Assembly: GCA_964035575.1 (NCBI GenBank)
Contig: OZ037841.1
Span: forward strand, 1,612,001-1,676,000
Direction of reading: 5' to 3'
Source: Rhynchopus sp. YZ270_cl-10
Taxonomy: Eukaryota
DNA: 64,000 nt
Shown here: positions 10,354 to 22,944 of the stretch, in pieces
How the letters are laid out: each line of letters opens with the position of its first letter
Position numbering within the stretch: the first letter of the stretch is position 1
Notes under the pieces: model-generated
Database searches by the model: none
What the model was told of the DNA's origin: nothing
The model's input: the letters and a program-made list of their open reading frames with translations, nothing else
Position numbers and translations under genes: made by a program

Positions 10354-13302
10354 ATGGAAAGCATTTTTCGTCTTTTGCTCCTTATGATTGTGTTGTTCGC
10401 ATTGCAGGCTTTTGGGACAGCCCCCGCACCGTTGGATATTCCCGTAGTGAAGACACTGTCGGTTTCGTCAATATGCACTGCGCAGTATGGTAACTATGGG
10501 TATCTCGCAGGGTACACGTCGTTTTATATGTATGACATGACCGACCCTGCAAATCCACCAAATCCATGGGTAACCAAGACTGATCTGGTGACAGACGCAA
10601 CACAGATTATTGTCATGGATGCGGACACAGCGTACATCGCGTCTGCTGACTCAGGTGATCTGCCAGTGAGGCCAGGTAGGATGGACAAACTGACCGGGCT
10701 TGCGTCACAAAGCCCTGTACAGACGACGTTGACCCACGCCACACTGCGTGCCGCGTATGCCACCGACACACACATCTACATAGCAGATGAAGTTGACCTG
10801 ACCATTTATGATGCAACGGACTTCAGCAAGATCGATGACGTGCCGAGCTTTTTGGCCACAGAAAACCAGCGTACCATGGTTCTCGTGTCCGGCAATATCG
10901 TGGCCTGTCACGCGACAGGGATTGTTGCGTATGATATTGCAAATAAAGTGGTGCAGACCTACCCCCTAAGTGAGCCAGGATGTACAGCGTTGGTGGTGTC
11001 CGAGGATCGCTACATCTTCGTGGGTGCCGCAAAGACGGCGGCAAATCTTATGTCCAGCACACCGCACTTTGACGTCTTCGATTGGGTGTCCAAATCTGTG
11101 GTAGGTACCTTCAGTTTTGATCCAGCACCAAGCACGCTCTCTGCGTATATCGCAGTGGCTGTAGTGACAGAGAACCTGGTGGTAGCAACGTGGATGGAGA
11201 TGTTTGGAAAAGGTGGGCTAGTGTTCATCAATGTTGAGGACAAAACGAACCCGACCCCAGTGTACACGTCAGAGCCGGCAAACCTGAACAGCGGGTTGTT
11301 GCCACTGAAGGCAACGCACCTCGCCTTCTCCGGTGGGTTTACTGTGACCAAAATCATAGAGATCCCTGCAGGTATCGTCCCGGCTCCATCGGCACCAAGC
11401 ACAGCAGCGCCGGACACGGATGCGCCAGCGACAGCAGAGCCCACAGCTATCCCCACCGCTATTCCCACAGCAGAGCCCACTGCTGTACCCACAGCAGTAC
11501 CCACAGCTATACCCACAGCCACACCCACAGCAGTACCGACTGCTGAACCCACAGCTATCCCCACAGCTATTCCCACAGCAGAGCCCACTGCTGTACCCAC
11601 AGCAGTACCCACAGCAGAGCCCACACAACTGCCCATTGGAGACACATTTGCACCTCCGACTCTAAGCCCACCCACAGCAGTGCCCACAGCTATACCCACA
11701 GCAGTGCCAACTGCTGCGCCCACAGCAGAGCCCACAGCACTACCCATGGGCAGCACTTTTGCACCTCCGACTCCAAGCCCCCCGACGGCTGTACCCACAG
11801 CAGTGCCCACAGACGAACCCGTAACACCAGCCAACACTGTCACACCACGCAGCCCCGTACCCAAGACGCAGTCCCCTGAGCTGGGTGTGTCGCATAACGT
11901 ATCCCTGCAGCAGGTGGCTGTGATCCCAGAAGCGCAAGCAGAAGCGTTCAGCGGGACAACAACGGCGACGGCAGCCGTGGCAGTGGGGACAACAGCAGCG
12001 CTGCAGGTGCTTGCGGGTGCAGCGGCTGCGCCGCAAGGTGGGGGGCGTCTGACGCGTGCGCAGATGTACCTGAAGATGCTAGACTGCCCACACGGTGCAG
12101 AGGCAGACATGGACCTCCTGCTGAGCCCCACGCAGCTCTCCATCGGGCGGGACAGCCTTCGCAAGCTGCGCGGTGCAGCTGTGGGAAACCCTCTGCTGTA
12201 CGCAAGCTCGGCGCTGCTTCTCGTCGTTGCAGCGATAATACATTGCCATTTCGCTGTAAGCGCGAGCCCGTCTGTGCTGACGTCCCTGTCGCACACACCT
12301 GTGCCTGTGTGGTTCATGGTGGTTGACCTGCTGTGGTCGCCAACGGTGCAGGCGGCGACAGCACTGATCCTGTCGGATGTGGGCGGATGGCGTGTGTACG
12401 GGGGTGTGCTTGCAGCGCTGCTTGCGCTATTCGTGATGGGGCTGCTGATGATGATCCGGAAGGCGCGCAGTAAGTGCAAGACCGTGGTGCTTGTGACCAT
12501 CAGCGGGCCTGTGTCGTTCCTCCGCCACTTCTTCTCGGAAACAGCTATGTGGGAGGCAAACGACGCAGGGTCGGAGGAGAGCATCCGATGGATGACGTGC
12601 CTGTTCGAAGGCTTCAAGCGTGAGCACTGTGGGTTCTACATTGTGCAGCTCGTGTGCACTGCTGCCGTCGGCATGCTTGCTGCGTGGGACCCACAGGACA
12701 GCGTCTCCTGTTCGGGAAGGGCTGCCATTCTGATGGGCATCCCTCTTGTCTGGACTGGTGTGCTGCTGAAGGACTTGCCGTTCATTCGTCCAGTTGAAAA
12801 TGTGGCAGAACTTGTAATGTCCACACTTGAGTTTGCATTTGGTGTGATGGGCTTCCGTGCTCTCTCGAACGAAGATCCTGAAATGTTAGAGCAAGCAGGA
12901 TACATGGCCACTGTTATCGGGTATGTTGCGATGGCCAAGATGGTGCTGGATCTTTGCCTTTATATCTACTCGCTGTGTGCGAAGGGTACGTCTGAGAAGG
13001 TTGTGAGTTTTGATAGCGAATCGCTTGGGACAGACACCGGGGCGTGCGAGCCTCTGACTTCTTCGCTGCGGGTCACATTTGACCATGTGGCACACAGTAG
13101 CGGTGTTGATAATCCCACAACATCTGACACCGCTTCCGTGGCACGCCTCAGTGCAGAACTGGTTGCATCTGAGAGAGAGAAGCGAGATGCACTGGAGCGG
13201 TTGAAGGCAATGCAGGCTGAGCGCGACCGGGCTGCTCGCGAGCTGGATGCTGTCAAAATGAAGTACCGCGATGTGTGCCGGGATGACCTTGTGTACCTGT
13301 GA
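10354..13302 (+). CDS. Surface membrane protein: signal peptide, beta-rich (propeller-like) domain, Pro/Thr stalk, multi-pass TM region, C-terminal coiled coil
   Basis: 982-aa ORF with a hydrophobic N-terminus, (PTA[EIV])n repeats and several hydrophobic segments in the C-terminal half. Confidence 0.8.
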   Translation: MESIFRLLLLMIVLFALQAFGTAPAPLDIPVVKTLSVSSICTAQYGNYGYLAGYTSFYMYDMTDPANPPNPWVTKTDLVTDATQIIVMDADTAYIASADSGDLPVRPGRMDKLTGLASQSPVQTTLTHATLRAAYATDTHIYIADEVDLTIYDATDFSKIDDVPSFLATENQRTMVLVSGNIVACHATGIVAYDIANKVVQTYPLSEPGCTALVVSEDRYIFVGAAKTAANLMSSTPHFDVFDWVSKSVVGTFSFDPAPSTLSAYIAVAVVTENLVVATWMEMFGKGGLVFINVEDKTNPTPVYTSEPANLNSGLLPLKATHLAFSGGFTVTKIIEIPAGIVPAPSAPSTAAPDTDAPATAEPTAIPTAIPTAEPTAVPTAVPTAIPTATPTAVPTAEPTAIPTAIPTAEPTAVPTAVPTAEPTQLPIGDTFAPPTLSPPTAVPTAIPTAVPTAAPTAEPTALPMGSTFAPPTPSPPTAVPTAVPTDEPVTPANTVTPRSPVPKTQSPELGVSHNVSLQQVAVIPEAQAEAFSGTTTATAAVAVGTTAALQVLAGAAAAPQGGGRLTRAQMYLKMLDCPHGAEADMDLLLSPTQLSIGRDSLRKLRGAAVGNPLLYASSALLLVVAAIIHCHFAVSASPSVLTSLSHTPVPVWFMVVDLLWSPTVQAATALILSDVGGWRVYGGVLAALLALFVMGLLMMIRKARSKCKTVVLVTISGPVSFLRHFFSETAMWEANDAGSEESIRWMTCLFEGFKREHCGFYIVQLVCTAAVGMLAAWDPQDSVSCSGRAAILMGIPLVWTGVLLKDLPFIRPVENVAELVMSTLEFAFGVMGFRALSNEDPEMLEQAGYMATVIGYVAMAKMVLDLCLYIYSLCAKGTSEKVVSFDSESLGTDTGACEPLTSSLRVTFDHVAHSSGVDNPTTSDTASVARLSAELVASEREKRDALERLKAMQAERDRAARELDAVKMKYRDVCRDDLVYL
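11428..11820 (+). repeat. Coding 12-bp tandem repeat (PT repeat, unit CCCACAGCNNNN)
   Basis: Encodes PTAE/PTAI/PTAV units with higher-order duplicated blocks. Confidence 0.9.
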
Positions 13303-13411
13303 ATCACACTCACCGACTATTCAGGAAGCCACTTCCAAAACATAAACATGGCAAAAACTATGTCGGGAGCCATCACACCGTACACCTGTCATAACCTTGA
13401 AGCAGCAGAGC

Positions 13412-15785
13412 CAGTGCTCTCAAGATCCTCCACGTAGGGGAGGATATTTCCTCCAGGGGCTTTTTTTTTTTTTTTCAGGCTTTTTTGGTGGAGGATTTCC
13501 TCCACTTTTTTTTTTTTTTTGGCGGGCTCGGGTGGAGGATTATCCTCCTAGGGGTTTTATATTACCATTTATATTATTTTTTTGCTCCGCAAAAAAATAG
13601 TTGGCAATGTCTTTGGATACCCTTGTATTTTGCAGCCAAAAAATACAACTTGACCAAAGCTGCAAAATTTTTGCCATTTAAAAAAAATTACCCGCCGTTG
13701 CATCAGCCCCTGCTTCTGGAAGACGTATTGGTTTTGTACGGTTCGTGGAGCGTACGGTGCAAGAGAAAGGATTAGATTTCCGTTTTTTGTTATCTCGCAA
13801 AATTGACCCGCCTCTCCGCTCTGTGGCTGTCAGGGAGGCGCGCGCGAAGCGCGCGACGACCGCTTGTTGCGGGGGAAAAATTTTTTTTTCAACTTACCTT
13901 CCTTCACCCCCCCTGTAAGGGTAACCGTAGGTGAAGTAAGGTATAGTATTGAAATCGATGTGGGGGGGGAGTAAAGGGTCAATTTTACAAAACCAGATTT
14001 TGAGGAAAATTTTAGCCGAAAATGGGCCCCACGTATAAGCAACCGGGCTCATATTTCTCAAAATTTAAGTGGTCAAAAAATTGTCCAATTTTCGAGATTG
14101 ACCCCACCACTGCACGGGCGGAGCCCAAAAACGCAAATAAGGACCCTTTTTAATTTTCAACTTACCTTCCTTCACCCCCCCTGTAAGGGTAACCGTAGGT
14201 GAAGTAAGGTATAGTATTGAAATCGATGTGGGGGGGGAGTAAAGGGTCAATTTTACAAAACCAGATTTTGAGGAAAATTTTAGCCGAAAATGGGCCCCAC
14301 GTATAAGCAACCGGGCTCATATTTCTCAAAATTTAAGTGGTCAAAAAATTGTCCAATTTTCGAGATTGACCCCACCACTGCACGGGCGGAGCCCAAAAAC
14401 GCAAATAAGGACCCTTTTTAATTTGTTCTCTTGAAATGTGTAATTTCAAGTTTTCTAGAAAAAAATAGCAACTGATCCTACAAGGGTTTAAGGAAGGTGT
14501 GTGGAAAACAACAACAACAAAACAAGGAATTGCTAGGAAAAAAAGCGAGGTGTGCTGTGGGAAACTCTGCGCGATTTTTTTCTTTGCTGGGTGGTACTGA
14601 TGCGCATGGTGTGATCGACGACAGTTAGTCGTGTGTGTTCCTTGCACACTCCTCCTCCGGCGACGATGAGTGGGAGGCTGTGGACGACAACGAGCTGGAA
14701 CACGCCGACCATCCATCGAGCAAATGGTGCTGGACGAAGAGGGGTCTGAGGATGACAGCCCCCGTTCTTGAACGTTTCAAGTGCAGGCGTCCCAGTGGTT
14801 GTGGCAGCGTTTTCGCATACCTGCAGAAGAGCAGAGTGTAGATTATTTCAACAGGGCGGTGTTCAGGAGTGTGGGTCCCCCCATAACCACAGCACACCCC
14901 ATTTTTTTTTCCGATAGCAATTACTTGTTGGGGGTTTTTTTTGCAAAAACGAACAGGGCGTTCGCTATCGCCATCGTTTTTTCCTGATCGTGGCGAAATG
15001 CCAAAAAACCCGAAATTTTTGGTTTTTTACTAGTGCTTAAAATAGGTCAAAAAAAATTTCCCGCCGGAGAGAAGCTAGTTCGTGGGGGGTGAATCCCTGG
15101 TACTGAGTGGTCAAAAAAATTTTGCGATTTGCGCGTGATCCCTTCCCCAGCACAAGTGCTATTACAGCTGAACTTTCCTGATACTAAAACCAGCAAAACG
15201 ATGGAGAATTTCATCAATCCCCCCTCACTGAGGGTCTCTTTGTGCTGTTTAATCAAACAGATGTACAAGAGAGAGGCATCTGTCATATGAGACTTCATCC
15301 TTATTTTGACTATTTTCAATAAACTAAAACGTCTCTCTGCCGTTGAAGGTAGAGTTGACACGAGTAGTGACACCTTCTATACCAGGGGGTACTGGACACC
15401 TTCAGCAGACTGCAGGATTGAGGAGCGAGCAGGAGTGCTGGGGAAACTTCCTTTCACGGCAGGCGGGTTTGCGGATGATTTTGAGTACAGTGGACACCCC
15501 CTCTGCGACCCCCCCTCCGGGGGGGTCGACAGGGTGGTGGGGAGAAATCTCTCTCTCTCTTTTTTTTTTTTTTTTTTTTTTCCCCTTTTTTTTATTTATT
15601 TATTTATTTATACAGGGTTTCGCCCCGGTGGGGCGAAGCCCTGGGGCGAAATAAAATGTCATTTTTTCAGGAAAAGATTTTTTTAACGAAAAAAAATATT
15701 TTTCGCCCCGGGGCGAACGCCCTGAAAACGAATCCTCCTCATTTCGAAAATTCTGCTTTTTTCGTGGAGGATCTTGAGAGCCCTG
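13412..15785. mobile_element. Non-autonomous hAT-like DNA transposon (about 2.37 kb)
   Basis: 23-bp TIRs CAG(T/G)GCTCTCAAGATCCTCCACG. Perfect 8-bp TSD AGCAGAGC at 13404-13411 and 15786-15793. Subterminal palindromic repeats. No intact transposase ORF. Confidence 0.9.
13886..14423. repeat. Tandem duplication, two copies of a 268-bp unit
   Basis: CTTACCTTCCTTCACCCC starts at 13893 and 14161. The copies look identical by eye and the ORF track gives identical peptides. Confidence 0.92.
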
Positions 15786-18526
15786 AGCAGAGCACTTCTT
15801 CTTTTTTATTGTAGATTTTGTGAACGGACCACTTTCATTGTCACCCTGTACCCTGTACAGGAAGGATGCACGACGAACTGCACTGCTGACTACTGCCCAC
15901 AGCTTTTCTGACTCGCACACCGTTAGAAGGACTGCACTAGAGACGGCCTGAAATTTATGGCCGAAGAACTGGTGTTTTATTGGGCCTTTGAAAGTCTCTC
16001 TGAGGCTTCACAGTTTCCTCTTCTTCAATCGGTGTTGCGTACCGAATGTGCGCGGATTGTTACATTTTTTTTTGTCGTCATTCCGAAACTGACCGTCATT
16101 TTGCACTTCATTGTGTAGATTTGTCATTTTTTTTTGTATTTTTTTCCAGCGGTTGTGTGTGACAGCAAGCCACATCCAACTCTCTAGTTTTGTCTCTATT
16201 TTCTCTATCTTTGCTTATCAAATGGGTCGCATGTATGTATGTAATGCGGTGCATTCCGCGATTGCATAAAATTCCCTCAAATTTTTATTGCTTTTTTTAT
16301 GGTGTGGCTCACGCCAACAGTGATTTTTTTTGGTACTTCTTTTTGTGTTTCAAAAAAAGGGGGTGTGTGGTTTGTTTTTGCACCCGGGCCCCCCAGAGGC
16401 CCCCAAAAAAAATTCATTCGTGAAATATGTTTTCAGTCATTTGAAAAACACCCCAAAAATGAAGTGTTTATTGATATGAAATTATATGTCTCGTACAGGA
16501 TCCTTAAAGGCTAGTAATAAGAACAAGAGGAGGCAGCGTGTATTTTAAGCCACCAAACTCCACAAAATTTCGGGGAAAATCAGGTGGGATTTTGAGCCAC
16601 CATTGTTGCCTTCTTTTTTGTTCGCATTTGTTGTGTAAACGAAACGAAAGAAAATAAATTAGTCACTCCTGCTCGTTTGTTTTTCTTTTTTTCCACCCCT
16701 TTTTACGTAAATCCTATTTTTTATGTTTTGTGCTTTCATCCGGATGGCTGGCATCGTACGTGGGTCAGTCGGAGGTGCCTGCATCAACAACTACAGTTTT
16801 TTTAAAAGTGACTAAGCACGAGAGGCTTAGGATCATCTTATAAACTTTTTCTTTCTTTTTTTTGGTCGTGCCTTTAATTCATCCCCTTTGTGCTTGCAAT
16901 ACTTTCCAACGTTTCCTATTCTCCAGCGTGTCACCCCCTCCCCAAGATGTGTACGAGCATATTCAAATTTTCTTTTTTTTTTTTTTTTGTTCACTTTGTC
17001 ATACTGCCCATCCCTGTGGGCTACTACACTACAAGGGGTGAAGCTGTGCTACCAATACGTACCGCAGCATTGCAGCATTGCACTTTGCAAGGGGAAAAAA
17101 CCCCCTCAGTAGCATTCGCTAGCAACGGGTCCGCGTGTTCACCCCTTCCTGTTGAACTATGCATCTTCGTGTGGAAAAAAATGTTAACTTTTAAGCGAAA
17201 GCTCATCACATTTCAGTGCCCTGCGTCCGCCGATGAACGGTGAGGCGTTTGCACTTTTCAACTTTCTTTTTCTAACCTATTATGATCAGAGAAACTTCTT
17301 GGGTGTCTCTTCGAACGAAGGAGACAAGCCGGGTTTAACCTTAGTGTCTGCCGGCACCTTTATAGTGAAGGGTTATGCTGGAGATACGCGAGGGTTGGAC
17401 AGGACACCGCTCTAAAATATGAACACAGTCGGGGATGGGGAAGTCGGCGGAGGGCGAAAAACGTCGAATAGACGAATAGAAGAAGACAGGCGTAAAGAAA
17501 CAAATAATCTACCAGGTGACTGGGAAAAAAAGTTCTGTTAAACTGCGGCAAGATTCTGCAAAGTGAAAGTAGCCAGAAACGTCTGCCGAAGGCAAGAATG
17601 CCATGAAGAAGAGAAGGAAGAAGTGCATTTTCATGAATTGGTTGCTCCAACAAGCCCTTGTACTGTTCAGGGCTTTAGGATCATCTGATAAGTTTGGATC
17701 ATGCACTACGTTTTTCTGCCTATTTTTCAAACTCCGACCGAATGATTTCCCCCCTGAAAGTAGTCGGGAAAAAGAGAATGTTGTGTATTGTGCTTTTGTG
17801 TATCCAAAAACTTCCGTTCTCTTTCCTCTTTTTATTGTGATTCGCTCAGGCATCTGTTCTTGCGTTTTAGAACGAAAAACCAACTTTTGTATATACTTTC
17901 TTGAGTTCAGGATGACGTGCGTCTATATCAATTAAGTACACAGCCTACAGGCCACATTGTATACAAATCCAACCTGGGTAGGTGATACAACGATACAACG
18001 AAAATTGCGGGATTGTTTGATATATCCTTTACTCTTATCTGGGGCTTTTGCAATGAGGTACGAGACATATTTGATACATGCACGTGGGGAGACCTTAGGT
18101 TTTCTTATCTTTTGTTAATCATTCGACACCTACGTCCTGATGAGTCTGCAGCGCCCTTCGCCCATTATTTTTTTCTATTTTTTGTGTTTGGGAAGCAATC
18201 AAACCACCTCTGACACAGTTGTGATACATCATCATGCCTTTGGGCAGAGGGTGAGGGTTCTACGACCTTCGGTTTGCGATGTTTCTATTAACCGCTCGAT
18301 TTTTTAAAGGTCTTACATGAGACTTGATCTCGTAATATATTTTCCACAAAAGTTTCAACGTCCTCATCCCTCCCTTTAAGACGACATAGAGGCTGAGGGT
18401 CGCTTCCATCCTGCAAGCAATTGTAGAAGACACACCGGGTGTGAAAATCGGGGTGCTAATATTTTTCGTTAACTCATTCACTCTCTCCTTTCAGGCGCAC
18501 CACCACCACCACCACACCCATATGCA

Positions 18527-20005
18527 ATGCGTATAAATGACGTCATAAGCGACCACAACAACGTGCCGCAATACCAGGTGGACAAGAGGCTTGGTGAAGG
18601 CGCCTTTGGGGAGGTGTTCCGTGCGCAGAGCCTGCATGGCGACGCTTCTGTTGCGTTGAAGGAAGTGTTGTTGAGTCACGATGCGGACAGCGACGACACG
18701 GACGAGCTTGTTGCACAGGAGTTGCTCTTGCTGCTCCACTTCAGGAAGTGTCCGGGTGTCACCCAGGTCTTCGGTGCTGTGCCCTGTGCGTCGTCCTCAG
18801 TGGATGGGGTCGTCCTCGTGCAGGAGCTGCTCGACTTCGATATGCAGCGCTGGCTTGCTTCTGCGCCGCAGCTTGAGATGCGGCAGGTGAAGCTCCTCCT
18901 CTACCAACTCCTCGGTGCGCTCTGCCACCTCCACGCAGCAGGTGTCGTGCACCGCGACCTCAAGACCGCCAACCTGCTGCTCTACAGAGAGTGGTTCCTG
19001 AAGCTGGGCGACCTCGGTGCAGCAACGTACGTAGGCCAGCCCGCCTTCGCACGCATAGGCACCTTCGCCTCAAGGGCGCCCGAGCTGTTGGTCTCGGTGC
19101 TCCCCGAGTCCACAGCATCAGACATCTGGGCAGTGGGTCTCTGTTTCCAGCAGCTTCTCGCGGTGATGTACAAACGTGCCCTTGTAATTGATGAGGACAG
19201 CTGGGACAGCGACCCACGCGATGTCCTTGCAAACGTGCTTAGTGTGACAGGAATGCCAAGCGACGAAGTGTTCGCCGCAGTCGTCGTGCCCGAGAGCACG
19301 CAGGCATGCGATGTCCCGGATGCACTGCTCTGCGACGAATACAAAGAAGGCTGCTCCGATTGGGACGGTATGTACCCCCTCCTCCATGCCTCTTGGCATA
19401 CCAACACTTTCTCCTCCACGCCCCACCACCTTGCAACCACAGACATCCAACGCTACGCAGCAACGCTCCGCGAAATGCGAGAGGACAACACATGGACGCG
19501 CGAAGAGCGTCTTGACTGGGGGGTGTGGGCGGGGCATACGCTGCCTGAGGGCACACAGGGCCTGCTTGCGAGTATGCTGGAGTTCGACCCTGCGAGGCGG
19601 ACGGGCGCTGCGGCAGCGTTGCGGCATGAGTTCTTTACGGGGGACGATCGGTTCATGGAAGAGATCAAGCTGATGGGGGTGTACGTGCCTGAGGAGGTGC
19701 GTTGGCCACGCGCCGTGCCGCAAGCAGGCCGCACACTGCAGGACGTCCTCGACGATCTGCAGCAGCGTGGACACAACGCAGATGACCTAGGCGACTTCTA
19801 CCTCCACAGAAAGAAGGTCGTCGGGAAGCTCCTCGTCTCGCGCCTCGCCATCCCCGCAGATGTGGAGGACGCACGCCGCACGCTCCACTTCCGCAAACAC
19901 AAACCTGAGCTCCTCATACGACGCTCTGAGTCCGGCCGGTATGCCAAAATATTCGGATTTCATCCAAAATTGCGTCGTCTAGGGAATGTTGTCCAAAAGT
20001 GTTAA
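18527..20005 (+). CDS. Ser/Thr protein kinase, CMGC (CDK/MAPK)-like
   Basis: Motifs GEGAFG, VALK, HRDLKTANLL, DLG, RAPELL, SDIWAVG and MLEFDPARR. Confidence 0.9.
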   Translation: MRINDVISDHNNVPQYQVDKRLGEGAFGEVFRAQSLHGDASVALKEVLLSHDADSDDTDELVAQELLLLLHFRKCPGVTQVFGAVPCASSSVDGVVLVQELLDFDMQRWLASAPQLEMRQVKLLLYQLLGALCHLHAAGVVHRDLKTANLLLYREWFLKLGDLGAATYVGQPAFARIGTFASRAPELLVSVLPESTASDIWAVGLCFQQLLAVMYKRALVIDEDSWDSDPRDVLANVLSVTGMPSDEVFAAVVVPESTQACDVPDALLCDEYKEGCSDWDGMYPLLHASWHTNTFSSTPHHLATTDIQRYAATLREMREDNTWTREERLDWGVWAGHTLPEGTQGLLASMLEFDPARRTGAAAALRHEFFTGDDRFMEEIKLMGVYVPEEVRWPRAVPQAGRTLQDVLDDLQQRGHNADDLGDFYLHRKKVVGKLLVSRLAIPADVEDARRTLHFRKHKPELLIRRSESGRYAKIFGFHPKLRRLGNVVQKC

Positions 20006-22944
20006 TTGTCGTTCCCTCACCCCCTTTCTTGTAGGTTGTTTGATGCGTTGACGCTTCCACACCACTCTGTCCTCACTGAGCTGTGGCGTTCTTTGTTGGG
20101 GTTTTTCTTTTTATTTAGTTTTTGCAGGTTCGCGTTGTAGTTTTTGTTGTGGGGTTTGTTTCGTTTTTCGGTTATTCGCGCAGGCGTTTCGGTTGCGCAT
20201 TTATTTGTTGATAAGGCTCGTAGGTAGCTTCTTCATGTATTCTGCGTTGCCGCTTCCACACATATCTATCTCATCTGTTGGGCGGTCGCGGAGCACGATT
20301 TGGGTGAACGACATAACACTTTCCGCTCACAAAGTGCGTGACAAAACTAAAATAACACCTAAGAAACCTGGGCACAACCAATAAGGTCACAAAATCAATT
20401 AGGCACTAGCCTGGGCAGGCCAGACATCACTGTCATTCACTGTACTCTATACACATTGGGAAATATTCCCTAATAATCACTCAAATAACCGCTTTTTCCA
20501 ACCCCACCACAGAAGCAGCTGGAACGATGGTGAGCTCTCCCCTAAGATGTCACGATGCATGACCTCTGCTGCGTTCCCGCACTGCAACTCCATAGCAAAG
20601 GTATTAACGAGAATGGGCATTTGAAAAGTTGAGTATAGCATTGCCGTTGAGCATTAAAGAGAAGAACCCAAAGGGAGTAGCATTCATCAATGAAAAAAAA
20701 AAGCTCACCTTCGCAAAAACCCCCTTTGAATATACACAACCCAATTTTCTTTCCACAGGAAATGTGCGACCTTCCCCGCAGCCACAGTGTTGTCACCATG
20801 GGGGCTATCGGGTCAGAGGTGGTAGCTGAAGCGTCGTGAGCGGATTATTCAGAAGGTGGGGGGTGCCGATGAAGGAATCTCTCTCCTTTTTTGTCCCTTC
20901 AAGTGTTTTCTTCTGCCATGTTGAGTTTTTTTTTGTACAAAAAAACATTTAAAACCCTGCTCGTTTTGTTTAGTTGGTACGCTTCCCACGTCGTAAGTGA
21001 ATTATTGCCACGCAGTTTTTTTTTTTTTCAAAAAAAGATGTTGGTCGTTTTAAATGGTCTGCCCTGCATTGCCACATTCACACCCCCTACCCCTATTATT
21101 TGATGCACTGTGTACTGTGTTTGCGAGAAGTGAATAGTACATTCGACTTCTGTTTCATTCCCCCCTGAAAAGCTGAAAACTGAAAATATTATCATAACTG
21201 CAGAGAGAGAGAGAGATCCTCAGGTAGTCTCGATCTGAATTAATATTTTTGGTACAGTTCTGTTGTTCTAATCCTCTTCTAACCGAAGGAATTGCGCCTC
21301 AAAAAGACACAAGCAAGGTTTAGATTTGTTTTTTTCGCCAATAACATGAAAATCGACGGCGTTATTAATGGAATCAAGCCCATCCTTATTGCCCAGTTTT
21401 TCTGTCTGTTTCATTATCAAAAACCGGGTACAGAGGGTATTTAAAAATTTCCCCCTTTTTTTTTGTATCAGATGTCAACCTCAAAATGCTGGCGTCGTAA
21501 CGTATTTTTCTAAGTTTTCTATTCCTTTTTAATACGGGGTTGAAGGTTGCGTTCTTCACATTTTTTTTTTTGTGCTTGCATCCTGTTGAGTTCGCTCAGT
21601 GATTGAGCTGTACGTGGCTATCATTTTTTTTTTGTTTCGTGGTCGACACTTTTGGAGCATTCTTTTTGAGTTCATTTTTTTTTTTTTTTTGTGTGAAACC
21701 TACATTGTTCGGCGATCTATGAACGGGGAGAGATTTTTTCACTAGCTCTCAGTAAGCTCTCACAGGCTCTTCACAGCCCGTTACGTGTCTCACGGAGACG
21801 ATCCTAGATCACCCAATTTGTTGATATATTTTTTTAGTCGCTGTAAAAAAAACAACTATTTTTTTTTTAGCAAAAACGTGACATCGTTTCAATGGTATGC
21901 GATGTGCAAATTTTTCTTCATCTGTAAGTATCCTAACCCCCTTCAGGGGTGCCATCTGGAGTACAGAAAACCTTTGGGGTGGTATTTGTTTGTTCGATGC
22001 AACAAAAAGGCCCCTCCCCCCTTCCTCCATTCAACAAGTCTTTCCCTCTCACTCCGAAGCTTCTCTCCCCCTTCCCTCAGTACAGTGTTTTATTGTAGAT
22101 CAAAACTTCGTTCATTTCTCATTAGATAAATGCCCACCAGTGATGGGGTGTCTTATCTTGCTTTTCCCTCCCCTCCAATGTGACTCTGAGCATATGAGGC
22201 CATGGGTTTTTTTTTTTTAAATATGTTGCAGGTATGTGTGCTATCGTCTGATTCAGACCAGGTGCTCCTCTTGTTGGAGAAAAAAATGTGTGTCATTTGT
22301 TTTATGTTCGGGGTGGGTGGGATTACTTTTGGATGATTTTTTCCAAAAGAAAAACAAAACAACAAAAAAAATTTCCATCATTGTCTCATGACAGAGGGGA
22401 GGGTGTGGGTAGCTAAGGTGGGTTTTGTGCTTTGTGTAACTCTCATGACAAAAATATGTCAGGATACTGATTCACAAACCTGATTAGTAAAAACTCAGAA
22501 GGGTCAAAACACGGGATTTCCCCCTGTTTTCCTCTATGCCCTCTTCCCCCCTTATTCTGTCCTATTTCTATTGACTTTTTGAGGCAGCGCTTTGCACTCA
22601 AATTTGCATATCATTTTTTTAATCGGGAAAACAACAACAGAGGGGAGCAGAAGAAGAAAGAAAAACGCGAAGCAAAATTGATAGAGAAAAAAAAAAACAC
22701 AATGACCTACTTTTGTTTTCTGCCCCTATCCAACCCCCCTTTTTTTCCCCCCTCTCTCTCTCTCTCTCGCTCACTCAATTCCCCTGGTATAACAAAACCC
22801 GCACAACAGGACAACACAAATAACCCTCCCTCCCAATTTTTTTTTGACAAACAACCCCTAACAACAACCACACTCTGTTTTTTCTTTTAAAAAAAACACC
22901 TCACCTGTTCTCTATTCTCTTCTCTGTTCTTCTCTTCTCTCTAA

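Noticed and set aside
11010..12617. 535-aa minus-strand ORF
   Set aside because: Antisense shadow of the repetitive PT-stalk gene, with no independent motifs.
13886..14423. Possible CRISPR-like array (also considered for 45837-45892)
   Set aside because: These are plain tandem repeats with no unique spacers, no cas genes, and a eukaryotic context.
17330..17940. Moderately GC-rich stretch with short ORFs on both strands
   Set aside because: No recognisable motifs or termini. It may be a decayed element but cannot be supported from the sequence.
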